A DNA stretch of 64,000 bases from an uncultured bacterium (GTDB lineage: Bacteria > Krumholzibacteriota > Krumholzibacteriia > LZORAL124-64-63). Where the stretch lies: contig CAVSZB010000005.1 of assembly GCA_963732385.1 (NCBI GenBank), positions 288,001-352,000 on the forward strand, written 5' to 3'. The notes beneath the pieces are model-generated. The model saw only the letters and a list, made by a program, of their open reading frames with translations. It searched no databases and had not been told where the DNA came from. A program made the translations under genes and the position numbers. This document shows positions 38,438 through 48,209 of this stretch, one piece after another; position 1 is the stretch's first letter, and every line of letters starts with the position of its first letter.

Positions 38438-39877
38438 ATGGAAGAACGCGACCTGACACAGCAGGCGCCGCGGACCGGGGCGCGGAGGCGACGGATTCCT
38501 CCCGAGGCCCTGGTCTTCGTGCTCGTGACCGTCGTGCTCGTCCGCCAGCTGCTGCTCCCGCCAATCGTCGGCCTCGCCGACAACGGTGATTTCCACCGCG
38601 TCATGGGCCCCCTCGGACTGGAACACCGATCCACGGAGTGGAGCGAACGCTACTTCGGCTGGCTCGGGCGCGACTACGTGGCAGGGCCGAAGGCGCCCGT
38701 GCAGCTGCTTTCGTCGCAACTGCTGCTGAGCGGAGCCGCCGTCGGGCTGGGCCGCCTGCTGCCGGGCGACGGCCGGTTCGACATCCGCCTGCAGGGGGCG
38801 CTGCACCTGGTCCTGTACCTGCTCGGACTGGCCCTGATTTTGCGGGCTGCGCGCACCTTCGCCGCCCCGGCGCGGGCGGTGATCAACGGCGCGCTGCTGC
38901 TGGCCGCGACCGATGTGGCGTACGTGGCGCCGCTCAACTCGTTCTACGCGGAGACCGCCACGCTCATCTTCCTGGTGGTGCTGCTCGGTTGCGCGCTGCT
39001 CGCCCTGCGCGACGGCCGGGCGTCCGGCCTGGCCATCGCCGGCTACCTGACGGCCGCTGCGCTGTTCGTGGCCGCGAAGCCGCAGAACTACTTCCTGGCG
39101 ATCCCGCTGGCCGGACTGGCGCTCGTCATGCTGCCTCGCGCGCGCGGCCGGCTGTTGCGCGGCGCCATCGTGACCGGCGCCGTGACGCTGGTGGCGCTGG
39201 GGCTGTTCCTGCATACCCGGGTGCCCGCGATCCTGCGGATGCCCAACCTATGGAACAACGTCTTCACCACCATCCTCGCCGACTCGCCCGACCCGCGTGC
39301 CGACCTGGCTGAATTCGGGCTCGACCCGGCGCTGGCCCGGTTCGCGGGCGTGCCGGCCTTCACCGACTCCATCCCGATCGGGGAAGCAACGACGGGCTAC
39401 GGGTTCGGCGACGTGCTGCGCTTCCATCTGCGCCACCCCGGCCGGTTCGTCCGGATCGCGGCCGCGTGCGCGCGCCACACGTTCATCTGGCGGGATGAGC
39501 GGATTGGCAACTTTCCCCGCGAGGCGGGACGTCCCGCCGGATCACAGACCCCGGACTTCGCCGGCTGGAGCCGTTTTGAAGCGGCAGTGATGCCCCGCTC
39601 ACTTTCCTGGCTGGTCATATTCCTGGGCGGAATCCTGGCGACGGGCCTGGTCGAAGCGGCGCGTCACGGCCTGCGCACGGCAACCGGCGGCACCGCCTGG
39701 CTGGTGGCGATGCTGGCGCTGGCGGCGGGGATGGAGTTCGGGATCTGTATCGTGGGCGACGGCTACTACGACATCGTCAAGCACCTGTACCTGTTCCAGT
39801 TGCTGTACGACGCCTGCCTCTTCACGGCGCTGGCCTGGACGGCGGGGCGCCTGGCCGCGCTCCTGCCGCGTCTCTGA
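38438..39877 (+). CDS. Polytopic membrane protein, WsfD-like putative GT-C glycosyltransferase
   Basis: PP.VGLADNGDF.RVM, FDIR, NSFY.E, AKPQN, GDG....KHL; many TM helices. Confidence 0.6.
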   Translation: MEERDLTQQAPRTGARRRRIPPEALVFVLVTVVLVRQLLLPPIVGLADNGDFHRVMGPLGLEHRSTEWSERYFGWLGRDYVAGPKAPVQLLSSQLLLSGAAVGLGRLLPGDGRFDIRLQGALHLVLYLLGLALILRAARTFAAPARAVINGALLLAATDVAYVAPLNSFYAETATLIFLVVLLGCALLALRDGRASGLAIAGYLTAAALFVAAKPQNYFLAIPLAGLALVMLPRARGRLLRGAIVTGAVTLVALGLFLHTRVPAILRMPNLWNNVFTTILADSPDPRADLAEFGLDPALARFAGVPAFTDSIPIGEATTGYGFGDVLRFHLRHPGRFVRIAAACARHTFIWRDERIGNFPREAGRPAGSQTPDFAGWSRFEAAVMPRSLSWLVIFLGGILATGLVEAARHGLRTATGGTAWLVAMLALAAGMEFGICIVGDGYYDIVKHLYLFQLLYDACLFTALAWTAGRLAALLPRL

Positions 39878-39893
39878 CCGGCGCGGAGCCGCC

Positions 39894-40715
39894 TCACCAC
39901 TCGCGGAAGATGCTCAGGGTCGCGCCGCGCACCGTGTAGAACGGCGTGTCGCCGTACTCGGCGCGCAGGTTCAGACCCCAGTGACCGTCGAACCACTGCG
40001 AGAAGCCGGCGTTGAACCCGGTGCTGCGGTAGTCGACCAGCGCATTGCCGGCGCCCACGAGCTGGTACGACACGTCGCCGACGTCGTAGCCGACGCCGAA
40101 AGAGGTGCGCCGCCAGACGACGTAGCTGAGGCCGACCCCGCCCGAGGTGGAGCGGGTGTTTCCCGGCTGGCCGAGGTCATAGCGACCCTGCGCGCTCAGC
40201 ACCCAGTGCGGCAGGTAGCGGGCCAGGCTCAGGCCGAGGCCGTCTGACCGGTTGTCCCCCTTGCTCTGGATGCGGGTGTAGCCGAGCGTGGTGACGACTC
40301 CGGCGAGCGGGCGGCTGACGGACGCATCGAGCCGGTAGCGGTGCGCGATGAATTCGCCCGTGCCCGACGAGACGCCGAGCGTGGCGCTCGTCCGCCCGAA
40401 CCAGCGCGTGTACGACGCCCCGCCGTCGAGGCTGCGATCGTCGAAGCGTTCGGAGCGGCCCGCCTCGACGCGCCACGCCCACCGGTCGGGCCGCCACAGG
40501 GCGCAGCGCACGAACTGGCCATTGGCGTCGCCGTAGCCTTCCGTGTAGTGCCCCCACGCCCCCCCCGCCTCCACGGAGCGCACCAGCGGCGGCGCGTCGG
40601 TCGCGGCGGCCAGGACCGCCGGCCAACCGACCGCCAGCGCCACGACGAGAGCGGGGCGGAGCAGGCAGAGCGCGCGGCGCGCGGACTCAGATGTTGTCCG
40701 TCCGGCGGATCGCAT
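39894..40715 (-). CDS. YaiO family outer-membrane beta-barrel protein
   Basis: Signal peptide, alternating aromatic beta-strands, RF.D...G, terminal aromatic residue (FREW); follows a GT2 operon. Confidence 0.7.
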   Translation of the reverse strand: MRSAGRTTSESARRALCLLRPALVVALAVGWPAVLAAATDAPPLVRSVEAGGAWGHYTEGYGDANGQFVRCALWRPDRWAWRVEAGRSERFDDRSLDGGASYTRWFGRTSATLGVSSGTGEFIAHRYRLDASVSRPLAGVVTTLGYTRIQSKGDNRSDGLGLSLARYLPHWVLSAQGRYDLGQPGNTRSTSGGVGLSYVVWRRTSFGVGYDVGDVSYQLVGAGNALVDYRSTGFNAGFSQWFDGHWGLNLRAEYGDTPFYTVRGATLSIFREW

Positions 40716-41589
40716 GGCCGTTCCCCCCGTTCTCCCACCGCGGGTCATCCTGGCGCAGCCCGTGCCGCCAGCTCATGCCCCAGCTGTAGAAAGCGATGAA
40801 CACGAGGACATTCAGCGGCAGGCCCACGACGAAAAACATCAGCGGCAGAAAAAGCAGCGACAGGTGATGAATGATCCAGGCATGCGCCACGTACTGCAGG
40901 GGCACGAGCAGGATCAGGTGCAGCATCGTCATCAGGGTAAGCGCCACCTTGCGGCCAAGGCTGAAATCGAGACCGTAATAGGTGAGCCCCAGCACGATCG
41001 GCACGAGTGCGATGAGCATCAGGTCGGCGATCAGCATCCCATGCACGTAGCCGCCGCCCTCGTACGGGAATGCCCGCGGCCAGAAGGCGAAGAAGATCTG
41101 CGCGCCGATCTGGAAGAAGGCCAGCAGCCGGAGCACATAGCGCAGCGGCAACAACCGCCGCGGCGTCAGGAACGAGCCCCCCACGAGCGCGAGGGTGAAC
41201 AGCGCCCCGCTCCACCAGAGACCGCTGCCCGGCAATCCGGATCCGAAATGCAGGTAGGGCACGGAGAACCGCCACAAACCGTAGAAATCGTAGCGCATCC
41301 AGGTGACGTGTCCCGCCAGCCCCACATAGCCGCGACCGAGGTCAAGCAGCGCGCCCCAGAAACGGCTCAGAGGCTCGAGCAGCAGCAGATAGCTGACGAA
41401 GAAGACCAGCGCCAGCAGAGCGGCCGGCGCGATTTCCCGCAGCTGCACCGGCGAAGTGCGCAGGGCGCGGTGCGGCGCGATATCGCCGCCACCCCAGCCC
41501 TGATGGCTCAGCTTGTCGATCCGCCGCCGCAGCACGGGGTCGTTCCACGGTGGTTTAGCATCGAGCAGCAGGTGTCGCGCGGCCGCCAT
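40687..41589 (-). CDS. Hypothetical integral membrane protein (glycan locus)
   Basis: ~7 hydrophobic segments; packed in the operon between the beta-helix and YaiO genes. Confidence 0.7.
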   Translation of the reverse strand: MAAARHLLLDAKPPWNDPVLRRRIDKLSHQGWGGGDIAPHRALRTSPVQLREIAPAALLALVFFVSYLLLLEPLSRFWGALLDLGRGYVGLAGHVTWMRYDFYGLWRFSVPYLHFGSGLPGSGLWWSGALFTLALVGGSFLTPRRLLPLRYVLRLLAFFQIGAQIFFAFWPRAFPYEGGGYVHGMLIADLMLIALVPIVLGLTYYGLDFSLGRKVALTLMTMLHLILLVPLQYVAHAWIIHHLSLLFLPLMFFVVGLPLNVLVFIAFYSWGMSWRHGLRQDDPRWENGGNGHAIRRTDNI

Positions 41590-41590
41590 C

Positions 41591-42700
41591 TCAAGCCACC
41601 TCCACAGGGGCCGGACGGGGCAGCACCACCGCGCCGCCGTGCGCCCAGACCGTGCCGTGGGACACGGCGCCCGCCTCGATCTCCAGTTGCCGCACGCTGA
41701 GCGTGGTGGGGCGCTCCGCGCTGCCGAGCCGCGTGCCGGAACCGATCCACCCATCGCGCTCGGCGATGACCGGGCCGCTGATCCGGCAGCCGTGGCCGAT
41801 GCGCAGGTCGCGGGCGCTCACCACGGAACCGCTCACTTCCACGCCATCGCCAAGAACCAGGTCCCGGTGGCTCTTCAGACCGCCGGTCACGCGGGCCCCC
41901 GCGCCCACGCGCAGGCTGCCCGTGGCGACCAGATCGGCGATCACGCTCCTGCCGGCGGGAATCTCGAGGTCGCCGCGGACGAGCCAGCGCCCCGCCCCGT
42001 CATCGATCAGCCGCGGGATGTCCCCCGCGGTGAGCGGTTCGCGGACGACAGGAGCGGACGGCAGCGGCGCGGGAGCGCCGAAAACCACAGTCGGCGCGTG
42101 CAGCCGCTCGAAACGGCACCCCTCCTCCAGCCGCATGGAGATGTTCGCGGAGGCGCGTCCATGCAGCGCGCACCCTTCGCGCGCCAGCAGCGTGACACGC
42201 GCATGCAGCCAGCGCAGCGACCAGCAGCCCCGACCGAGCCGGAGGTCGCCGTCGGCCAGGACCGCGCGGCAGATGGTGCGTTCGCCCACGTCGACGCTGT
42301 CGGCGGCATAGACCTCGAGCGGGAAGAGCGCGCCGGCCGGCAGGCTCAGGCGTCCGCAGCCGATAACCACGCCCGGGCAGGCCGCGGGGCCCGCTCCGGC
42401 CGGAACGAGCGGCGGCGGCGCGCCGTCGGGCAACACGACGTAGCGCGTGCCGTCCGCGAGCGACCCCTCCACGACGGCGCCGCCCATGCGGCAGGCGGCG
42501 ATCGGATCGCCCAGCACTCCGTCCATCCAGACCCGGAACCGTTGCGCGAAATGGCGGATGTCCACGTCGGAAGCGCGCACGACCCGCAGCGGCTTCACGT
42601 CGGTGCGGCGGCGCAACTCGATCAGCGCCGGCAGCAGCGGCAACACCGCCCAGCCCAAAAACAGCGTCAAGAAGAGGATCGCGCCCAGCGTCAGGCTCAT
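41591..42700 (-). CDS. Membrane-anchored beta-helix protein (polymer-forming/bactofilin-like repeats)
   Basis: N-terminal TM (LPLLPALIEL), repeated G.L.IG.G..I.G strands (GDLEIPAG, GSLRVGAG, RDLVLGDG, RDLRIGHG); GGAGGA RBS. Confidence 0.65.
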   Translation of the reverse strand: MSLTLGAILFLTLFLGWAVLPLLPALIELRRRTDVKPLRVVRASDVDIRHFAQRFRVWMDGVLGDPIAACRMGGAVVEGSLADGTRYVVLPDGAPPPLVPAGAGPAACPGVVIGCGRLSLPAGALFPLEVYAADSVDVGERTICRAVLADGDLRLGRGCWSLRWLHARVTLLAREGCALHGRASANISMRLEEGCRFERLHAPTVVFGAPAPLPSAPVVREPLTAGDIPRLIDDGAGRWLVRGDLEIPAGRSVIADLVATGSLRVGAGARVTGGLKSHRDLVLGDGVEVSGSVVSARDLRIGHGCRISGPVIAERDGWIGSGTRLGSAERPTTLSVRQLEIEAGAVSHGTVWAHGGAVVLPRPAPVEVA

Positions 42701-44103
42701 TCCTCCTCCCCGCCGTTGAGGTTGTGGGGATGCTCGGTTTTGTGCCAGCGCACGTGCCTGCCGCGGCGCGCCCACAGAAGCTGCGCCATCGTTTCGCGCG
42801 AAACGGCGAAGAGGCCGACCAGGAAGCCGAGCATGGTCAGCGGGAGCAGCCGCACCCGCGCCCGTGAACCGTCGAGATACGAGGCGGCGCTCACCTCGAA
42901 AAACACCGCGAAGTTCCCCAGCGCGCTGTACGACGTCACGATGAGGATGACGATCAGTCCGGGGCGCGTCTCACCCAGATACCACAGGATCATCGCCAGC
43001 AGCCAGCCGAGCAGCAAAATGGGCGACAGCAGGTAGACGTTCAGCAACAGCCAGCCGTCGAGCCGCTCCCGGAAGCTCGTGCGCCCGCACGTCCAGAGTT
43101 CGCCGCCATGCGCCCAGAGCGCCTCGTTGTGACCGCGGGCCCAGCGCATCAGCTGGCGCATGCGCTGGGGCCAGGTGGCCGGCACCTGCTCGTAGCACTC
43201 GGAGCGGTTCTGATAAACGGTTTTCCAGCCGCCGCGCAGGAGACGAAAGGTGGCGTCGGTGTCCTCGGCGAGAGTGTCGATGCGCCAGCCGCCGACGCTT
43301 TCCAGCGCCCGCCGCCGCACCCCCCCCACCGTGCCGCCATACTGCACCACCAGCCCGAGATTCATCCGCGCCTGCTGGTCCACCTGATAGCCGCCCGAAC
43401 GCTCCAGGTCGAGCAGCCGTGTCAGCAGATTCTGGCCCACGTTGTGCGGCACGACGCGTCCCATCACGGCCCCGACCTCGGGATCGAAGAACGGCGCCAC
43501 GAGCTGCCTGATCAGGCCGCGCCCCGGGATGTAGTCGGCGTCGAAGACGAGCGCGATGTCGGTGCCGACGAGCGCCATGGCGTCCTTCAGCGCGGCCGCC
43601 TTGCCCGGCGCCCCCTGGCGGCGATGGAACGGCAGCACGATGCCGGGGTGCAGCCGCGCGAATTCGTCGATGATCTCGCCGGTGCGATCGCTCGAGCGGT
43701 CGTCGATCGGCAGGACGCGCAGGCGCCCGAGCGGATAGTCGGCGTCGAGCAGGGCGGTGAGGATCTCGCTGATGACCGGCTCCTCGTTGTGGGCCGGCAC
43801 GAGCACCGTGACCTCGGGCCAGTCGGCGGTGTCGATGTCGAGATAGGGGTGACGCTGCCGGCCGTGCAGGCGGCTGAGCGTAAACAGATAGTGACGCGCG
43901 ATGTAGACGCAGATGAGCAGCAGGATCGCATAGAGCGGGTAGAGCATCGCTACGATGTACCAGGGACGCGGCGAGCGCAGCACGGGCGGCAGGTAATCGG
44001 TCGTCGGAAACGCGGTCGACGACGTCGCCAGGCTGACGCCCAGAACCAGGGCGCCCAGCGCGACGAGATGCGAGCGCTGGCTGTGGCAGGCACCGTCCGG
44101 CAT
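42697..44103 (-). CDS. Processive GT2 glycosyltransferase (cellulose synthase/PgaC-like)
   Basis: VPAHNEE, DDRSSD, KAAAL, FDAD, AEDTD, QLMRW (QxxRW), C-terminal TMs and W.KT.H; start may be 43947. Confidence 0.9.
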   Translation of the reverse strand: MPDGACHSQRSHLVALGALVLGVSLATSSTAFPTTDYLPPVLRSPRPWYIVAMLYPLYAILLLICVYIARHYLFTLSRLHGRQRHPYLDIDTADWPEVTVLVPAHNEEPVISEILTALLDADYPLGRLRVLPIDDRSSDRTGEIIDEFARLHPGIVLPFHRRQGAPGKAAALKDAMALVGTDIALVFDADYIPGRGLIRQLVAPFFDPEVGAVMGRVVPHNVGQNLLTRLLDLERSGGYQVDQQARMNLGLVVQYGGTVGGVRRRALESVGGWRIDTLAEDTDATFRLLRGGWKTVYQNRSECYEQVPATWPQRMRQLMRWARGHNEALWAHGGELWTCGRTSFRERLDGWLLLNVYLLSPILLLGWLLAMILWYLGETRPGLIVILIVTSYSALGNFAVFFEVSAASYLDGSRARVRLLPLTMLGFLVGLFAVSRETMAQLLWARRGRHVRWHKTEHPHNLNGGEEE

Positions 44104-44164
44104 CGTGCGGGGGCCTTTCCGGCTGCTGTCTCACGCGGACCCGGGAGGATAGCCGGGTTCCGCC

Positions 44165-44857
44165 CTAGGGAGCCACGAAAATCTTGAGACTGCTGAACTG
44201 GGCGACGCCGTTGCGCACCGCGAGATGCGGCTCCCGGTATATTCCGACGGGATAACTCCCGTCCGAACGGAACAGCGGCACGCCGTCGAGTCGCGCCTCG
44301 ACCCGCCCCGCGCGCACCGCGAAGCGGAGCAGGTGCCAGGCGCCTTCGCCCACCGGTTTGTCCGGCTTTACCACGCGCAGGACATGCTCCGTGCCGCCGA
44401 CCATGTGGCGCACGCTGACCCGACGCTGGCCGCCGAAAAGGACGGCGCCGCTCTCGTTGTGCAGTTCGCGGCTGTCGCGCGTGAGCAGATGGGCCTCTAC
44501 GCTGCGGCCCGCGGCGTCCGCCACGAGCCGCACCCGCGTCTCGAGCAGGAAGTCGCCGCCGTGGGCGAAGGGGGCGACATACACCGCGAAGGCTCCATCG
44601 TCGGACCGACCTTCGAGCAGGCCGTCGACCAGGCGCCAGTCTCCCCAGCTCCAGGCGTCCGGGAAAGCGCCGTCGGAGAAATTCCACGCCACGGCGCGGC
44701 GCCAATAGACACCATCGAGCAGGACGACCGGCTGCCCGTCCTGTCGCGGCACGCTCTCGTACACGCGGCGCGTGCGCTCCGGATCGGCGCACAGCAGCAG
44801 CGCGCCGAGTGCGCCGAGCGCGATCAGGGAGGTCATGATGATTGTCCGATTTCGCAT
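44165..44857 (-). CDS. Secreted ConA-like/DUF1080-type beta-sandwich protein
   Basis: Signal peptide; W.L.DG.L.G, DF.LE.RVR, WH.LR..V....V...LDG, F..LKI. Confidence 0.55.
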   Translation of the reverse strand: MRNRTIIMTSLIALGALGALLLCADPERTRRVYESVPRQDGQPVVLLDGVYWRRAVAWNFSDGAFPDAWSWGDWRLVDGLLEGRSDDGAFAVYVAPFAHGGDFLLETRVRLVADAAGRSVEAHLLTRDSRELHNESGAVLFGGQRRVSVRHMVGGTEHVLRVVKPDKPVGEGAWHLLRFAVRAGRVEARLDGVPLFRSDGSYPVGIYREPHLAVRNGVAQFSSLKIFVAP

Positions 44858-45128
44858 GCAGTTCTCTTCGTGGTCCGATGGCGCGCGTCACGCCCGATCG
44901 GCGACCATCATGGCCATCGGGGTCCGGACGCGCCAGCGGCCACCGCCCTCGGGCAATAGCTTTACATTCGGCAGCCGCGGCCTTAGGCTTGAATTTGTCG
45001 TCAACCGCCGGGACCGGCCATGGACCATGCGCCTGGGGGTTACGCATGAGCCTCTGCCGACTGCGGCGCCATTGCGCCCTCCCCTCGGTCCGCCCCTGCG
45101 GCAGCCCGCCAGCGGGCAGGTCCGAGCC

Positions 45129-46571
45129 ATGAAATCCCGCTCTCCCAGCGCAGCCCTGCGCCTGGCCATTCTCTACGGAATTTTCGGCGGACTCTGGATT
45201 CTGCTGTCCGACCGGCTGCTGCTCACCCTGCTCGCCGAACCCAGCGCCCTGACCCAGGGGCAGACCTGGAAGGGCTGGGTCTTCGTAGCGGCCAGCGCCG
45301 TCCTTATCTACACCGTCGTGCATCGGGAACTGCTCGCCCAGACCCGCGTCGGGACCGCGCTCGAGGACAGCATGGCCCGCCACAGCAGACTCTTCCGGGA
45401 TTCTCCGGTGGCCCTGATCGAGATGGACTACTCGGCCGTGCGGAATCACGCGGCGGAGCTGCGCGATCGCGGCATCGGGGATCTGTGGCTGTTCTGTCTG
45501 GATCATCCCACGGAAATGCGCATCTGCGCCGCTCTGGCCCGCGTGAGGGACCTGAACCGCGCCGCCCTGACTCTCTACGGCGCGCACAGCGAGGAGGAAC
45601 TGCGCAGCCGCCTGCACCTGGTGCTGGAAGAGGAGCCGTCCGAAGCGCTTCTGGAGCAGTTGCGCGCGGTTGCGGAGGGGACGGTCTCCCTGGAGCTCGA
45701 AGTGCCGCTACGCACGCTGAGCGGCCAGGAGCGGACGGTGATCATGCGCTGGGCCGCTTCTCCCGGCAGCGAGCGCACCTTCGAACGGGTGATCGTCTCG
45801 CTGATCGACGTGACCGACGCCCGTCGGGCCGAGTCGGAGCTGGTCCGCCACCGCCAGGAACTGGAGCTGGCGGGGCGCATTCTGGCGCTTGGCGAGTTGA
45901 GTTCGTCCATGGCGCACGAATTGAAGCAGCCGTTGACCGCCATCCACAGCAACGCCCAGGCCGCCCGACGCTTCATCGACTCCGAACCGCCCGATCTCGA
46001 GGAGGCTCGCCGGGCGCTTGCCGACATCGAAAAGGACGACAGGCGCGCCGACGGCATCATCCGTCAGTTGCGCGCCTTCATCCACCGCCGCGAAATCGCG
46101 CGCGAGCCGGTCGACCTCAACGCCGCGATCCTGGCAGCCAGGCACCTGCTGCGCACCGAGGCCCGCAGCCGGCGGGTGTTGGCCACGGTTCAGCTCGATC
46201 CGCAACTGCCGCTCGTCATGGGAGATCCGGTGGCGCTGCGCCAGGTGCTGCTGAATCTCGTCCTCAACGCGCTCGACGCCGCGCAGCGATCGCCGGCGGG
46301 TCGCCGCCGGGTTGTCGTGACCACCGTGGGCGATCCGGACGGCAGCGCGGTGGTGACGGTGAGCGATTCGGGGCCGCCCCTGCCGCCGGAAGTGGCCGCG
46401 CGCCTGTTCGAGCCGTTCTTCACCACCAAGCCGGACGGCCTCGGCCTGGGCCTCAGGCTGAGTCGCTCGCTGGTCGAGGCGCACGGCGGTACCTTGTGGG
46501 CGGACGTCAACCCCCCGGGAGGGATGACCTTCGGCTTCCGCCTGCCGGTCGCGGAAGGAGCGCGGACATGA
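45129..46571 (+). CDS. Membrane PAS sensor histidine kinase (FixL/NodV-like)
   Basis: Two TMs, PAS-like region, AHELKQPL, QVLLNLVLNA, DSGP, FEPFFTTKPDGLGLGL. Confidence 0.92.
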   Translation: MKSRSPSAALRLAILYGIFGGLWILLSDRLLLTLLAEPSALTQGQTWKGWVFVAASAVLIYTVVHRELLAQTRVGTALEDSMARHSRLFRDSPVALIEMDYSAVRNHAAELRDRGIGDLWLFCLDHPTEMRICAALARVRDLNRAALTLYGAHSEEELRSRLHLVLEEEPSEALLEQLRAVAEGTVSLELEVPLRTLSGQERTVIMRWAASPGSERTFERVIVSLIDVTDARRAESELVRHRQELELAGRILALGELSSSMAHELKQPLTAIHSNAQAARRFIDSEPPDLEEARRALADIEKDDRRADGIIRQLRAFIHRREIAREPVDLNAAILAARHLLRTEARSRRVLATVQLDPQLPLVMGDPVALRQVLLNLVLNALDAAQRSPAGRRRVVVTTVGDPDGSAVVTVSDSGPPLPPEVAARLFEPFFTTKPDGLGLGLRLSRSLVEAHGGTLWADVNPPGGMTFGFRLPVAEGART

Positions 46572-47197
46572 ACAGCGATACCGCCCTGGTGTACGTTGTC
46601 GATGACGACGCCTCGGTGCGCGCGGCGATCGGTCGTCTGCTGCGTTCGGTCGGACTCGAAACCCAGCTGTTCGCCTCCGCCACGGAGTTCCTCACTTTCA
46701 CCCGGCCCGAGCGACCGGGATGTATCATCCTGGACGTCCGCATGCCGCGCCTCAGCGGCCTCGATCTCCAACAGCAACTCGCCGCGGCCGGCGCCATCCT
46801 GCCGATCATCTTCGTGACCGGCCACGCCGACGTGCCGATGTCGGTACGCGCGATGAAGGCAGGGGCGGTGGATTTCCTGCCCAAGCCGTTCCATGACCAG
46901 GATCTGCTCGATGCAGTCCAGAGGGCCATCGCGGCCGATCGCGAACGGCGCCTGCACGAGTCCGATCTGGCCGCCGTCCGCAGCATCTACGAGACTTTGA
47001 CCCCCCGCGAGCGCGAGGTGCTGTCTTACGTGGTTTCCGGCGCCCTCAACAAGCAGATCGCCGGCTCGCTCGGCACCAGCGAAAAGACCATCAAGGTCCA
47101 CCGGGCGCGCATCATGGACAAGATGGGCGTCGAGTCGCTCGCCGACCTGGTCCGTCTCGCCGGCCGACTGGGCGTCCAGGGGCCGGACCCGGACTAG
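46568..47197 (+). CDS. FixJ/NodW family response regulator (REC + LuxR HTH)
   Basis: VVDDD, LDVRMP..SGLDLQ, TGH.DVPMSVRAMKAGAVDFL.KP, LTPREREVL...NKQIA..LG.SEKTIKVHR. Confidence 0.95.
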   Translation: MNSDTALVYVVDDDASVRAAIGRLLRSVGLETQLFASATEFLTFTRPERPGCIILDVRMPRLSGLDLQQQLAAAGAILPIIFVTGHADVPMSVRAMKAGAVDFLPKPFHDQDLLDAVQRAIAADRERRLHESDLAAVRSIYETLTPREREVLSYVVSGALNKQIAGSLGTSEKTIKVHRARIMDKMGVESLADLVRLAGRLGVQGPDPD

Positions 47198-47421
47198 ACC
47201 CGTCGCCGCGAACCACCCGCTCCAACCGGCCTACGTCCATCGTCCCAAGGTCCAATGGTCCTTCCCGCCACTTCTGACGATAGTAAAGTCCAGTAAGTTT
47301 GATCGCGCCGGCCTCCTCGCCGGCCGGCGCCCCGAATGCCCCGCCCGGCGCTCCCGAGTATCCCTCCAAACCCCCCTTGGGGGCGCCGGCGGCGGCAACA
47401 AGCGCGGAGATAAACGTACTG

Positions 47422-47856
47422 ATGGCGAAGATCCTTCTGGTGGACGACGAGACCGAAACACGCGCGAACCTGCGCGCCATGCTCGAATTGATGGGCCATG
47501 AGGTGCGCGATGCGGCCGGCGGGCGTGACGGCTGCCTGCTGGCGGAGGACCATCACTTCGACTGCGCCATCGTGGATATCTTCATGCCCGGCATGGACGG
47601 ACTCGAAACCATCCAGATTCTCAAGTCGCTGCGCCCGGAACTGCCGGTGGTCGTCCTGGCCGGGGAGGGCCGGATCAGTCCGGAACTCGCCTGCCGTCTG
47701 GCCCTGGCGCTGGGCGCCGATCACGCCCTGCGCAAGCCGGTCGACAGCACCGCGCTGAGCACGGTGTTCGATAGCGCCTCCTGGCCGATCCCCGCACGAC
47801 CCGCACGCCCCCACCCCGTGACCACGCCGCACGGTCCCCGGATCGTGTCGAAATAG
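47422..47856 (+). CDS. Stand-alone response regulator receiver (CheY-like)
   Basis: KILLVDDE, DIFMPGMDGLE, LGAD..L.KP. Confidence 0.85.
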   Translation: MAKILLVDDETETRANLRAMLELMGHEVRDAAGGRDGCLLAEDHHFDCAIVDIFMPGMDGLETIQILKSLRPELPVVVLAGEGRISPELACRLALALGADHALRKPVDSTALSTVFDSASWPIPARPARPHPVTTPHGPRIVSK

Positions 47857-48065
47857 CGGCCCAGCGCGGCCGGGACAACAAGTCTTATCGTGTGGATTCT
47901 CCTGGCTTCCCCTCGGCGCGCGCTACGAAATAGCCCGTCGGCCGCGCCGGCCCCTCACTCCTGCCACAGGAATTCGCCCTGCTCGACGCTCCAGGTCCGG
48001 AGGCTCGCCCGCAATGCGGACGAACGGACAGTAATCGACTGCAAACACACCAATTGCGAGCTGAG

Positions 48066-48092
48066 CTTGAGATCACATGATGTGATCTCAAG
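48066..48092. promoter_or_regulatory. Perfect 27-bp palindrome, candidate operator
   Basis: CTTGAGATCACAT-G-ATGTGATCTCAAG (13-bp arms). Confidence 0.55.
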
Positions 48093-48209
48093 TTCCTGCG
48101 CGCCCCCGACGCGAGTGCCGGCGGCGTTCCACCTTGTCCTTGAGCCGGGTCAGCGAACGTGTTTTGCTGACGTCTCCCCCCGACCCCGAACCGCCGAGGA
48201 GTGAATCGC

